A stretch of DNA of 52,789 bases from an uncultured Flavobacterium sp. (GTDB lineage Bacteria; Bacteroidota; Bacteroidia; Flavobacteriales; Flavobacteriaceae): assembly GCA_964537345.1 (NCBI GenBank), contig CAZIBV010000007.1, positions 1-52,789 on the forward strand. Direction: 5' to 3'. The notes beneath the pieces were generated by a model that saw only the letters and a list, made by a program, of their open reading frames with translations, did no database searches and was not told where the DNA came from. Each line of letters opens with the position of its first letter. The first letter of the stretch is position 1. Both the position numbers and the translations under genes were made by a program. Shown piece by piece: positions 29,908-39,013 of this stretch.

Positions 29908-31128
29908 ATGCCGCTTATTGATTACAGCAACTTTCTCAACAAAATGCTGCTTAAACCCAAGTACAAAAAGGAGTTTAAGCACGCCAAAAAATCCTACCTG
30001 AGGCGGGTGCGTTGGGCGGTGACCCTTTTTTACTTTGGCATGGGATACGCATTTTCATCCTGGGCCAGCCGCATCCCGGATATCAAACAAAACCTCAGCC
30101 TGACCGAGGCTGAACTGGGCACCATTTTGTTTGCCATTCCCATCGGCCAGTTGATTGCGTTGCCCATATCGGCGCGAACGGTCATCAAATATGGAAGCAT
30201 CAAGGTTTCGATTGTGTCACTTTTATTATATGCCGTCGCGCTTTGCAGCCTGGGATTTTCACAAGCGCCCTGGCAACTGGGACTTGCCCTGGTCTTTTTT
30301 GGCATCGCCGGAAATTTTTGCAACATAGCGGTCAACACGCAGGGAGTTTATGCCGAAGGGCTTTTCCCAAAACCCATCATGGGATCGTTTCACGGATCGT
30401 GGAGCCTGGCCGGATTTTTTGGCGCGCTCACCGGAATGGGTATGAACGCACTTGGATTTTCGCCCGCCATCCACTTTGTGTTCACCGCACTGGTCGTGTT
30501 GCTCATCGTGGTGACAAACCGGAAATTTCTGGTCAAGGCCAAGCCGCGGGTACAGCAAAGCAGCATGGGATTCTGGCAGGCGTTTACGGGAGTTTTGCCC
30601 TGGCTGGGCATCATTGCATTTTGTTGTCGAACCAGCGAGGGCGTGATGTACGACTGGAGCGGCGTTTATTTTCAGGAAGTTGTAAAAGCGCCCGGCGCAC
30701 TGGCGCTGCTTGGTTTCTCGGCGTTTATGATCACCATGACGTGCGGCAGGTTTTTGTCGGATGTGTTGGTGGCGAGGTATGGCCGGCGAAAAATTTTACT
30801 TGTAAGTGGTGTGACTGTATCCGTGGGATTGGCGCTGTCTGTGATGTTTCCCGTTCTGGTGCCGGCCACCCTGGCGTTTATGCTGGTGGGAATCGGTGTG
30901 TCGATGATATTCCCGATTGTGTTCAGTATCGCAGGATCTGATCCAAACGTCCCAACAAGTGCGGCGCTTACCGTCGTGACCAGCATCAGCTTTTTGGGAT
31001 TTCTCACCGGTCCGCCGGTTATCGGTTATATCGCCCAGGAAACCAGCCTGCGGCATTCATTTGCGTTTGTGGCATGTTTTGGCGTGCTGATATCCATCCT
31101 GGTGTGGCTGGTCAAACGAATCCGCTAG
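29908..31128 (+). CDS. MFS transporter
   Basis: About 12 TM segments; WASRIPDIK and GRFLSD...YGRR motifs; start uncertain (29908 or 29944). Confidence 0.88.
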   Translation: MPLIDYSNFLNKMLLKPKYKKEFKHAKKSYLRRVRWAVTLFYFGMGYAFSSWASRIPDIKQNLSLTEAELGTILFAIPIGQLIALPISARTVIKYGSIKVSIVSLLLYAVALCSLGFSQAPWQLGLALVFFGIAGNFCNIAVNTQGVYAEGLFPKPIMGSFHGSWSLAGFFGALTGMGMNALGFSPAIHFVFTALVVLLIVVTNRKFLVKAKPRVQQSSMGFWQAFTGVLPWLGIIAFCCRTSEGVMYDWSGVYFQEVVKAPGALALLGFSAFMITMTCGRFLSDVLVARYGRRKILLVSGVTVSVGLALSVMFPVLVPATLAFMLVGIGVSMIFPIVFSIAGSDPNVPTSAALTVVTSISFLGFLTGPPVIGYIAQETSLRHSFAFVACFGVLISILVWLVKRIR

Positions 31129-31340
31129 GAATCTTGCTTTAAAAAATTTTCGATGATATTGTTGGCGCGGATCACATCGTCTCCCTCCACAAACAAATCA
31201 ACGTCAAGCGCTACAAATCCGGCCAGCCTGCCTGACTCGATATGATCGCGAACCCGGACCGCAATGCCGCTGTCTTCCAACAACTGGCGGACGGCCTGCA
31301 CCATGATTTCGCTTCCTGAAAATACCTTGACCAATGCCAT
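31125..31340 (-). CDS. DUF2007-like putative signal-transducing protein
   Basis: MALVKVFSGSEI...LEDSGI...VDLFV. Confidence 0.75.
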   Translation of the reverse strand: MALVKVFSGSEIMVQAVRQLLEDSGIAVRVRDHIESGRLAGFVALDVDLFVEGDDVIRANNIIENFLKQDS

Positions 31341-31957
31341 TATTCGTCGTAAAATGAAAACCACTGCGGTTCGACCATCACCTTGTCGGCCATGATTTCC
31401 ACGCGTTCAGTATCTTCGGTCATGGTAAAAATCCGCTGTGTTTTGTCGATGCTGGAAAAAAGGCGCAACACCACGGCATCCTGACGGTTTTTAAACATCA
31501 CATCGGCATCGTCCAACGCAAAAATTTTGATGGTATTGATGTTGAATCCCGCCGACGAAAAAACCGCATTGATCCGCGAAGGCGTGCCCACCAAAATGTC
31601 GAGCCCGAGGGAAATCATGTTTTTGTCGTAGTCGATATCGCCCTTGTCATGCGTTCCCAGTACGCGAAGGTCGGTGTATTGCCCCAATTGTTTTAAAAGC
31701 GCCACAAACTCCAACACGTCTTCACGGCTGTTGACCAAAACCAGCGCACGGGTACTCTCGCCTACCGGACGCTCCAGCCGCTGAATAATGCCCATGGCGA
31801 GCGCGGTTGACTTTCCGGAACCTCCGGGTGCCAGGATGCAACAGTCGGCGCCGCTTTTAAGAACCGGGAAAACCGATTGTTCCAGTTCATTGGCTTCTAT
31901 CAGTCCGACTTCATTTAGCGCGCGCTTTAAATCGGGATTTATTTTTTTTAGTTCCAT
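31340..31957 (-). CDS. Stand-alone DEAD-box N-terminal (RecA1) domain protein
   Basis: APGGSGKS, VGTPSR and LDDAD motifs; no helicase C-terminal domain. Confidence 0.82.
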   Translation of the reverse strand: MELKKINPDLKRALNEVGLIEANELEQSVFPVLKSGADCCILAPGGSGKSTALAMGIIQRLERPVGESTRALVLVNSREDVLEFVALLKQLGQYTDLRVLGTHDKGDIDYDKNMISLGLDILVGTPSRINAVFSSAGFNINTIKIFALDDADVMFKNRQDAVVLRLFSSIDKTQRIFTMTEDTERVEIMADKVMVEPQWFSFYDE

Positions 31958-31961
31958 GGGA

Positions 31962-33125
31962 TTATTTTGATGCAAAAAGCCTGACGTCCTGTTCTGAAAT
32001 TTCGGCACCGCCCAATATGATCAGCCGTTCGACCACGTTGCGAAGTTCGCGAATATTGCCCGTCCAGTCGTAATCCTTGAGCAAATCGATGGCCGCAGCC
32101 GAGAATTTCTTTACAGCCGACCCTTGTTCGGCAGCGATCATCTCGGTAAAATGCGAAACCAACAGCGGAATGTCTTCACGGCGTTCGTTTAGCGCGGGAA
32201 CCTTGATAAGGATGACGGCCAGTCGGTGGTAAAGATCTTCGCGAAAACGGCCCTGGGCAATTTCTTCCTGCAGGTTTTTGTTTGTGGCAGCAATCACGCG
32301 CACATTGACCTTGATGTCTTTGTCGGCTCCCACCCGCTGAATCATGTTTTCTTGGAGCACGCGCAAAACTTTGGCTTGCGCCGACAGGCTCATATCGCCT
32401 ACCTCATCCAGAAAAATCGTCCCGCCATCGGCAGCTTCAAACTTTCCGGCGCGATCTTTTACGGCCGATGTAAACGCGCCCTTGACGTGGCCAAAAAGCT
32501 CGCTCTCGATGAGTTCGGTAGGAATGGCCGCGCAATTCACCTCGATAAGTGGTGCCGATGCGCGCTGACTTTTTTCGTGCAACTGATGCGCCACGAGCTC
32601 CTTTCCGGTTCCGTTTGGCCCGGTGATGAGTACGCGTGCCTCGGTGGGCGCCACCTTGTCGATCATGGTTTTGATTTGGTTGATAGGCTCGCTCTCACCT
32701 ATCATCTCGTACATTTTGCTAACTTTTTTGCGCAGGGTTTTATTTTCAACCACCAGCTGCTTTTTGTCGAGCGCGTTGCGTACGGTATTTAAAAGGCGGT
32801 TCAGGTCAGGCGGTTTCGAGATATAGTCAAAAGCGCCCAGCCTCATGGTATTGATGGCCGTTTCCATGTCGCCGTGGCCGGAAATCATGACCATGGGAAT
32901 CTCGGGTTTGATTTTCTTGACCGCTTCCAAAAGTTCCACACCGTCCATTTTAGGCATTTTGATGTCGCATAAAACCAAATCATAATCAACTGATTTGATC
33001 TTTTCAAAACCCGAAACTCCGTCCTCAGCTTCTTCTACGACATAAGCATCGCTTTCCTCGGTCAGGATTTTGGTGAGCACCCGCCGGATGGAGGCTTCGT
33101 CTTCAATGATCAATATTCTGGGCAT
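31962..33125 (-). CDS. Sigma54-interaction response regulator (NtrX-like, no C-terminal HTH)
   Basis: Receiver DIKMP; AAA+ GPNGTGKE, ESELFGHVKGAFTSA and WTGNIREL. Confidence 0.93.
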   Translation of the reverse strand: MPRILIIEDEASIRRVLTKILTEESDAYVVEEAEDGVSGFEKIKSVDYDLVLCDIKMPKMDGVELLEAVKKIKPEIPMVMISGHGDMETAINTMRLGAFDYISKPPDLNRLLNTVRNALDKKQLVVENKTLRKKVSKMYEMIGESEPINQIKTMIDKVAPTEARVLITGPNGTGKELVAHQLHEKSQRASAPLIEVNCAAIPTELIESELFGHVKGAFTSAVKDRAGKFEAADGGTIFLDEVGDMSLSAQAKVLRVLQENMIQRVGADKDIKVNVRVIAATNKNLQEEIAQGRFREDLYHRLAVILIKVPALNERREDIPLLVSHFTEMIAAEQGSAVKKFSAAAIDLLKDYDWTGNIRELRNVVERLIILGGAEISEQDVRLFASK

Positions 33126-33152
33126 GTTCGTTTGATTTTGTAGTAAAACGTC

Positions 33153-34448
33153 TTAATATTTGATCCATTTGATCAGTTCGCGGTACGACGGTTTCTTGCC
33201 GTACATCAAAATCCCCACGCGGTAAATCCTCGCGGCAAACCAGACAACGCCCAGGAACGTAGCAAACAATATCGCCATCGACAACAGCACTTGCCAGATT
33301 GGGACGCCAAAAGGAATGCGCATCAGCATCACGATAGGCGACGTAAACGGAATCATCGAAAAGACCGTGGCCACCGTGCCGTGCGGATCGTTGATAACGG
33401 TAAAGAAGCCAACGTAAACACCCAGCATAAGCGGCATGATGATCGGGAGCAAAAACTGCTGCGAATCAGTTTCGTTGTCAACCGCGGCACCGATGGCGGC
33501 GTAAAGCGAACTGTACAAAAAGTATCCGCCGATAAAAAACACGATAAACGAGGTAATCATCAGCGCGATGGGAAGTTCCCAAAGTTCGGCCACGTAAAGT
33601 GCAAGGTCGCCCGATTCCTTTTGCGCGGCGGCAAGGGTTTCAGGCGATACGGTTTGCGTCGAATCGATGCCCAAAAGCGCCGACCCGGCAAACATCATCC
33701 CAAGTCCAATGACGGCCCAGATAAAAAACTGCAGCACACCGGCCAGCGACGTCCCGACGATTTTGCCCATCATCAGGTGAAAAGGCTTGACCGATGAAAT
33801 GATGATTTCGACAATCCGGTTGGTTTTTTCCTCGATGACCGATCGCATCACCATATTGCCGTAAATGATGATGAACATCATGATCAGGTAGCCAAATGCG
33901 CCACCAATCGCAATCTTGATTTCGTTGAGTCCTTTAAGGCTTTGCTCGCCCGAGGCCTTTTCCAGCTTGAGGTCGACATTGGCCTGGGCGCGATGGATAA
34001 GCGCCGTATCCAGGCTGGCCTTTTGGTAGTTTTGATGCGTGAGTTTGTTGGCGATGGTATTTTCAACCGATGCTATAAAGCCGATTCCCGGGCTGTCGTC
34101 GGAAATGTATCGGATTTGCGATTCGAGCGACTTGGCATCGGCGGTTTTTGGAATGTACAAGACACCCTCATAACGCGACTCGGCCACGTCCTTGCGCAAA
34201 ACTTCGAGCGGTGTCTGCGACCTATCCGCGTAAGCGTATTCCTCATTGCTGACAAAATCCTGGAAGAAAAGTCCGGTCTCGTCGTGGATGGCTACCTGAC
34301 GCACATCAGCCTTAAGCGTGGCCAGATACGTGATGAGCGCCACAACACCGGCCAGGATAAGCGGGCTTAAAAACGTCATGACGATAAACGACTTATTGCG
34401 GACTTTTGACAGGAATTCGCGTTTGATGATAAGCGGAAGTACACTCAT
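33153..34448 (-). CDS. ABC-2 transporter permease (NatB/YhaP-like)
   Basis: VIEEKTNRIVEIIISS and IPFTSP motifs; 1+5 TM layout. Confidence 0.9.
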   Translation of the reverse strand: MSVLPLIIKREFLSKVRNKSFIVMTFLSPLILAGVVALITYLATLKADVRQVAIHDETGLFFQDFVSNEEYAYADRSQTPLEVLRKDVAESRYEGVLYIPKTADAKSLESQIRYISDDSPGIGFIASVENTIANKLTHQNYQKASLDTALIHRAQANVDLKLEKASGEQSLKGLNEIKIAIGGAFGYLIMMFIIIYGNMVMRSVIEEKTNRIVEIIISSVKPFHLMMGKIVGTSLAGVLQFFIWAVIGLGMMFAGSALLGIDSTQTVSPETLAAAQKESGDLALYVAELWELPIALMITSFIVFFIGGYFLYSSLYAAIGAAVDNETDSQQFLLPIIMPLMLGVYVGFFTVINDPHGTVATVFSMIPFTSPIVMLMRIPFGVPIWQVLLSMAILFATFLGVVWFAARIYRVGILMYGKKPSYRELIKWIKY

Positions 34449-34457
34449 ATTTTTAGA

Positions 34458-35330
34458 TTACGGCTGTTTTTTAAAGGAACCGATGATTTTTTTAAACACG
34501 CTGACAATACCCACAATGACAGCGCCTGCAATTAGCCCGATGGCAAATTCCTTGACAATCGACGGAATTCCCGGCAGCAAATGATGGAAGAAATCAATGT
34601 TGTGGACAAAGATCCCGCCCGACACCAAAAGCAGGGCAAGCGTCCCGATGACGGCCAGGCCTTTGATGATCCACGGCAGCGCGGCCACCAAAAAGCCTCC
34701 AAATTTAGCCCGGAAACTTTTGGAAGATGCATTTTTCATCAGTTTATAACCGGCGTCATCCATGCGCACAATAAGCGCCACAATGCCGTAAACGCCCACG
34801 GTGGCAATGAGCGCCACAACCGATACGGTAAGGATTTGCGTGATCATTGGCTTGTCGAGAACCGCGCCCAGGGCAATGATGACAATCTCGACCGAGAGGA
34901 TAAAATCAGTGGTGATGGCTGATTTGATTTTGGCCTTCTCCTCGAATTCACCGCCTACTTCAGCCTCGATGATGACTTCCTTTCCGTGTTTTTTGCGGTG
35001 AAAGACATACTCGACGATTTTCTCGGCGCCCTCATACGCCAGAAACGCCCCGCCTAAAATAAGAATAACCTTTATGGCCAGCGGAAAGTAAATGTTGAGC
35101 AGCAAGGCCGCCGGAACGATGATTAATTTGTTGAGAAACGATCCCTTGGTGATGGCCCACAAAACTGGAATTTCACGCGAGGCCAAAAAACCCGTGGCCT
35201 TTTCAGCGTTTACCGCGAGGTCATCGCCCAGGATGCCGGCCGTTTTCTTGGTAGCCAGTTTACTCGCTACGGCAACGTCGTCCATAAGTGCGGCGATGTC
35301 GTCAAATACTGCAAAAATGCCTGAAGCCAT
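34458..35330 (-). CDS. DUF808 (YedI-like) membrane protein
   Basis: DDIAALMDDVA, GDDLAVNA and DFILSVEI motifs. Confidence 0.9.
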   Translation of the reverse strand: MASGIFAVFDDIAALMDDVAVASKLATKKTAGILGDDLAVNAEKATGFLASREIPVLWAITKGSFLNKLIIVPAALLLNIYFPLAIKVILILGGAFLAYEGAEKIVEYVFHRKKHGKEVIIEAEVGGEFEEKAKIKSAITTDFILSVEIVIIALGAVLDKPMITQILTVSVVALIATVGVYGIVALIVRMDDAGYKLMKNASSKSFRAKFGGFLVAALPWIIKGLAVIGTLALLLVSGGIFVHNIDFFHHLLPGIPSIVKEFAIGLIAGAVIVGIVSVFKKIIGSFKKQP

Positions 35331-35333
35331 TGA

Positions 35334-36254
35334 TTAGTTGTTTTTTACTGTTTGGATAAAGATGTCGTTGACACTTGGGATTTTTTCTACAAAATGCATC
35401 ACCTGTCCGCGTTGTGACAGTACGTTGAGCAGTTCGTTGGGCATGGCCGCGCCCAGTTCGACGTCGAGTTTGATCAGATCGGCCAGCGATTTGAAGTTGG
35501 TGGTCGCGACTTTGAATTTTTGCGTCAAATCATACATCAGCCCTTCGACGTTTTGCGTCAGTACGCCCACCTCGAAAGTGTTGGTCCGGTACTGGCGCTT
35601 GACATCTTCCAGACGTCCCTCGATAAGTTTGTTGGATTTGTGAATCAGGGCGATGTGATCGCAGAGTTCCTCGACGCTTTCCATTCGGTGTGTTGAGAAA
35701 ATAATGGTGGCGCCGTTTTTCTTGAGGTTGAGGATTTCTTCTTTGATGATGTCGGCGTTCACCGGATCGAAGCCGGAAAAAGGCTCGTCAAAAATCAGGA
35801 GCTTGGGCTGGTGAAGCACCGTAACCACAAACTGGATTTTTTGCGCCATTCCCTTTGACAGTTCCTGGATTTTCTTGTCCCACCACCCGGTAATCTGCAG
35901 TCGGTCAAACCAGTAATCAAGTTGCTCGCGGGCATGTGCAGCCGAAAGTCCCTTAAGTTGCGCCAGATAAAGGCACTGCTCGCCCACTTTCATCGATTTG
36001 TACAGTCCGCGTTCTTCCGGCAAATATCCGATATGCTTTACGTGCTCCGGAGAGAGTGGTTCGCCATCGAGTAAAACCGTTCCGCTGTCGGGCAATGTGA
36101 TTTGGTTGATGATGCGGATCAGCGAGGTCTTCCCTGCACCGTTTGGACCCAGAAGCCCGTAGATGCTGCCTTTTGGAACCTTTAATGAAACGCTGTTAAG
36201 CGCGGTGTATTGGCCGTATTGCTTAACGAGGTTTTCTACTTCAAGGATATTCAT
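35334..36254 (-). CDS. ABC transporter ATP-binding protein (NatA/YhaQ-like)
   Basis: GPNGAGKT, GYLPEERGLY, LSKG and DEPFSG motifs. Confidence 0.93.
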   Translation of the reverse strand: MNILEVENLVKQYGQYTALNSVSLKVPKGSIYGLLGPNGAGKTSLIRIINQITLPDSGTVLLDGEPLSPEHVKHIGYLPEERGLYKSMKVGEQCLYLAQLKGLSAAHAREQLDYWFDRLQITGWWDKKIQELSKGMAQKIQFVVTVLHQPKLLIFDEPFSGFDPVNADIIKEEILNLKKNGATIIFSTHRMESVEELCDHIALIHKSNKLIEGRLEDVKRQYRTNTFEVGVLTQNVEGLMYDLTQKFKVATTNFKSLADLIKLDVELGAAMPNELLNVLSQRGQVMHFVEKIPSVNDIFIQTVKNN

Positions 36255-36321
36255 ACTGGCTTTGACAAAAATTTACAAGATTCAATTGGAACACAAAAGT
36301 AGGCCATTGAAGGTTTGTCTT

Positions 36322-36400
36322 AAAAAAAAACCCACCCCTATTTGCATAAGGATGGGAAAAATTGCTATGAAAAAGAAATTACTAGTTACCTACTAGTAAC
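36322..36400 (-). ncRNA. Candidate ~80-nt sRNA downstream of dnaJ
   Basis: Own TACATTTG promoter (36405-36412), 5' hairpin, U-rich linker, terminator with U9. Confidence 0.5.
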
Positions 36401-36427
36401 GATTCAAATGTAAAACTAATTTTTTAA

Positions 36428-37540
36428 TTACGAAAACATATCTTTTACTTTTTCAAAAAAAGATTTGTCGCTCTTTTCCGGACGCGGTGCAAAATTGGGA
36501 TCGTTGAGATTCCGTTCAAAAAACTCCCGCTGTTCTCGGCTTAAATTCTTTGGCGTCCAAACATTTACGTGAACCAACAGGTCGCCGTGGCCGTAGCCGT
36601 TGATGTTGGGAACACCTTTGCCTTTAAGTCGCAGGATTTTGCCCGATTGTATGCCTTCTTCCAGTTTGATCCTGGCCTTTCCGGAAACCGTTTCAATGTC
36701 TTTGGAAACGCCCAGGGCTGCCTCGCTGATGCTGATGTACAAATCAAGGTGAAGGTTCTCGCCTTCGCGCTTCAGGGTTTCGTGTTCAACCTCTTCAATG
36801 ACTACGATCAGATCGCCGGGGATTCCGTTGCCAGGAGCATCATTCCCCTTGTTGGACACTTTAAGTTGCATCCCGTCGACAACACCTGCCGGGATTTTGA
36901 TCGATACGGTTTCGTCGGCCATCACCATTCCGTGCGCATCGGCATCTTTTGGACGGTTGTCGATGGTTTGTCCCGCACCTCCACAGGCCGGACAGGTTGA
37001 AGCCGACTGCATTTTGCCCAAAATCGTGTTGGTGACGCGCACCACCTGACCTTGTCCGTTACACGTACTACAGGTTTTATAAGTGACGCCCTTGGCCTGG
37101 ACCTTGCGTTTTACCTTGATCTTTTTCTCGACACCGTGGGCAATTTCCTCCAGCGTCAGTTTTACCTTGATACGCAGGTTGCTTCCTTTTACGCGTCGCT
37201 GACCACCTCCGCCGCCAAATCCACCGAATCCGCCGCCAAAAGCACTGCCAAAGATGTCGCCAAACTGGCTAAAGATGTCATCCATGTTCATGCCTCCGCC
37301 GCCAAATCCCTGACTTCCGTCGAACGCCTGATGACCAAACTGATCGTAGCGCGCCTTTTTTTGCGGATCGCTCAGCACTTCATAGGCTTCGGCCGCAAGC
37401 TTGAAATTCTCTTCGGCCTGCTTGTCGCCGGGGTTTTTATCCGGGTGATATTCAATGGCTTTCTTGCGGTACGCTTTTTTGATTTCGTCCGCGGTAGCGC
37501 CTTTGCCTACGCCCAAAACTTCATAATAATCTTTTTTCAT
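36428..37540 (-). CDS. dnaJ: Chaperone DnaJ
   Basis: J domain with HPD, G/F region, CxxCxGxG motifs, C-terminal domain. Confidence 0.98.
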   Translation of the reverse strand: MKKDYYEVLGVGKGATADEIKKAYRKKAIEYHPDKNPGDKQAEENFKLAAEAYEVLSDPQKKARYDQFGHQAFDGSQGFGGGGMNMDDIFSQFGDIFGSAFGGGFGGFGGGGGQRRVKGSNLRIKVKLTLEEIAHGVEKKIKVKRKVQAKGVTYKTCSTCNGQGQVVRVTNTILGKMQSASTCPACGGAGQTIDNRPKDADAHGMVMADETVSIKIPAGVVDGMQLKVSNKGNDAPGNGIPGDLIVVIEEVEHETLKREGENLHLDLYISISEAALGVSKDIETVSGKARIKLEEGIQSGKILRLKGKGVPNINGYGHGDLLVHVNVWTPKNLSREQREFFERNLNDPNFAPRPEKSDKSFFEKVKDMFS

Positions 37541-37552
37541 TTCGCGAATTGG

Positions 37553-38104
37553 TTATTGGCCCACGACCACTTTTGGGAAACGGATGATCCTGTCGCCCAG
37601 TTTATATCCTTTTTCAATGACATCAACCACCTTGCCCTTGAGGCTGTCGTCGGGTGCCGGAATTTGTGTGATGGCTTCAGCGATGTCGGCGTTGAATTCG
37701 TCGCCGGCTTTAACCTCGACCGGCTCCAGTCCTTTAGACACCAAAGTCTTTTTAAACTTGTCATGGATGAGTTGAACGCCCTTGAACAAAATGTCATCCT
37801 CTGATTTTTGAATCTCGGCCAACGCGCGGTCAAAATCGTCGAGAACGGGCAACATCGCCTGCAAAACATCCTGTCCGGCGGTCTTAAAAAGTTCGAGACG
37901 CTCCTTTGACGTGCGTCGCTTGTAGTTTTCAAACTCGGCAAAAAGCCTGAGGTATTTGTCTTTTTCCGCCGATAACTGCTCCATCAGTTCCGCTTCTGGC
38001 GACACATCGGCAGCAATTGTTTTTTCGTCGGCCTGAGCTGCGGCATCCGCCTGGGTTGTTTGAGTATCCTGTGATTCCAGATTTTCCTGATCTTGCGTAT
38101 TCAT
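37553..38104 (-). CDS. grpE: Nucleotide exchange factor GrpE
   Basis: LRLFAEFENYKRR, LPVLDDFDRA and KGYKLGDRIIR motifs. Confidence 0.97.
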   Translation of the reverse strand: MNTQDQENLESQDTQTTQADAAAQADEKTIAADVSPEAELMEQLSAEKDKYLRLFAEFENYKRRTSKERLELFKTAGQDVLQAMLPVLDDFDRALAEIQKSEDDILFKGVQLIHDKFKKTLVSKGLEPVEVKAGDEFNADIAEAITQIPAPDDSLKGKVVDVIEKGYKLGDRIIRFPKVVVGQ

Positions 38105-38132
38105 ATCGATAATTGATTTGCGCCGCGCGTAC

Positions 38133-38172
38133 GCAAAGTTGTTGCCATTGACGCAAAAATGCCAAATTGTCA
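38133..38172 (-). promoter_or_regulatory. Putative sigma54 -24/-12 promoter and upstream palindrome for grpE-dnaJ
   Basis: Minus strand TGGCAACAACTTTGC (38133-38147); TGCCAAATTGTCA at 38160-38172. Confidence 0.6.
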
Positions 38173-38294
38173 CTTTTCGCGACATTCAAAACGCGACGGC
38201 AACTGTTTTTAAGAGCGGCGAATTTAATATATTTTTAAGACTTATTTAATGGCCGATTGAATATGTTTGCTGGCAACTAAATCCTAATTAGAAC

Positions 38295-38957
38295 ATGAAA
38301 AAATCGATTTTAACGCTCTTCTTGGCTGCAGCCTTTTTGACGGCCTGTAAAAAAACAACCGAAGCCGGCGAAGCTCAGGATGTAAAGGACGCATCGGCCG
38401 AAGCGGTTACCTACACTGTTGATACTGCGCAATCGGCAATTGAGTGGTCCGGAAGCAAGCCGCTGGGCAAGCACAACGGAACGCTTAGCTTGGCATCGGG
38501 CAGTTTTTCAGTAAAAGATGGTGTCGTGGAAGGTGGAAGCTTTGTCCTTGACATGAATTCCATCACCGTTTTGGATTTGAAAGCCGGCGATGGGAAAGAA
38601 GACCTGGAAGGTCACCTTAAAGGTATCGCGGCAAAAACGGAAGAAGACGCCGACCATTTTTTTAACGTAAGCAAATACCCGCAGGGCAAATTTGAAATCA
38701 CATCGGTAAAGCCAGGACAGGACGGCAAAACTATGGTTGAAGGCAACCTGACCCTGAAGGAAACAACCAAGAGCGTTTCATTCCCGGCTACCGTAACCGT
38801 GAGTGACAGCGAGGTTTCACTGACCAGCGACGAGTTCAGGATTGACCGTACGCAATGGAAAGTCAACTACGGCTCAAAATCAATCTTTAAAGATTTGGGC
38901 GACAAATACGTTGATGACGAAATTGCGCTCAAGGTTACCGTCAAAGCCAAAAAATAA
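38295..38957 (+). CDS. YceI family lipoprotein
   Basis: Lipobox LTA-C; S.IEWSGSK..HNG, FF.V.KYP and IDRTQW motifs. Confidence 0.92.
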   Translation: MKKSILTLFLAAAFLTACKKTTEAGEAQDVKDASAEAVTYTVDTAQSAIEWSGSKPLGKHNGTLSLASGSFSVKDGVVEGGSFVLDMNSITVLDLKAGDGKEDLEGHLKGIAAKTEEDADHFFNVSKYPQGKFEITSVKPGQDGKTMVEGNLTLKETTKSVSFPATVTVSDSEVSLTSDEFRIDRTQWKVNYGSKSIFKDLGDKYVDDEIALKVTVKAKK

Positions 38958-38983
38958 GCTTATTAATTCATCTTACTGTTTAT

Positions 38984-39013
38984 AAAGAAGCCTCCATACG
39001 GGGGCTTTTTTTT
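38984..39013. terminator. Bidirectional terminator
   Basis: AAGCCTCC/GGGGGCTT stem with T run. Confidence 0.8.

Noticed and set aside
37052-37804. Long antisense ORFs, for example 37052-37804, 47312-47995, 48466-49194, and the off-frame 30243-30941
   Set aside because: They overlap well-supported genes and show no recognisable motifs; they are codon-bias shadows.
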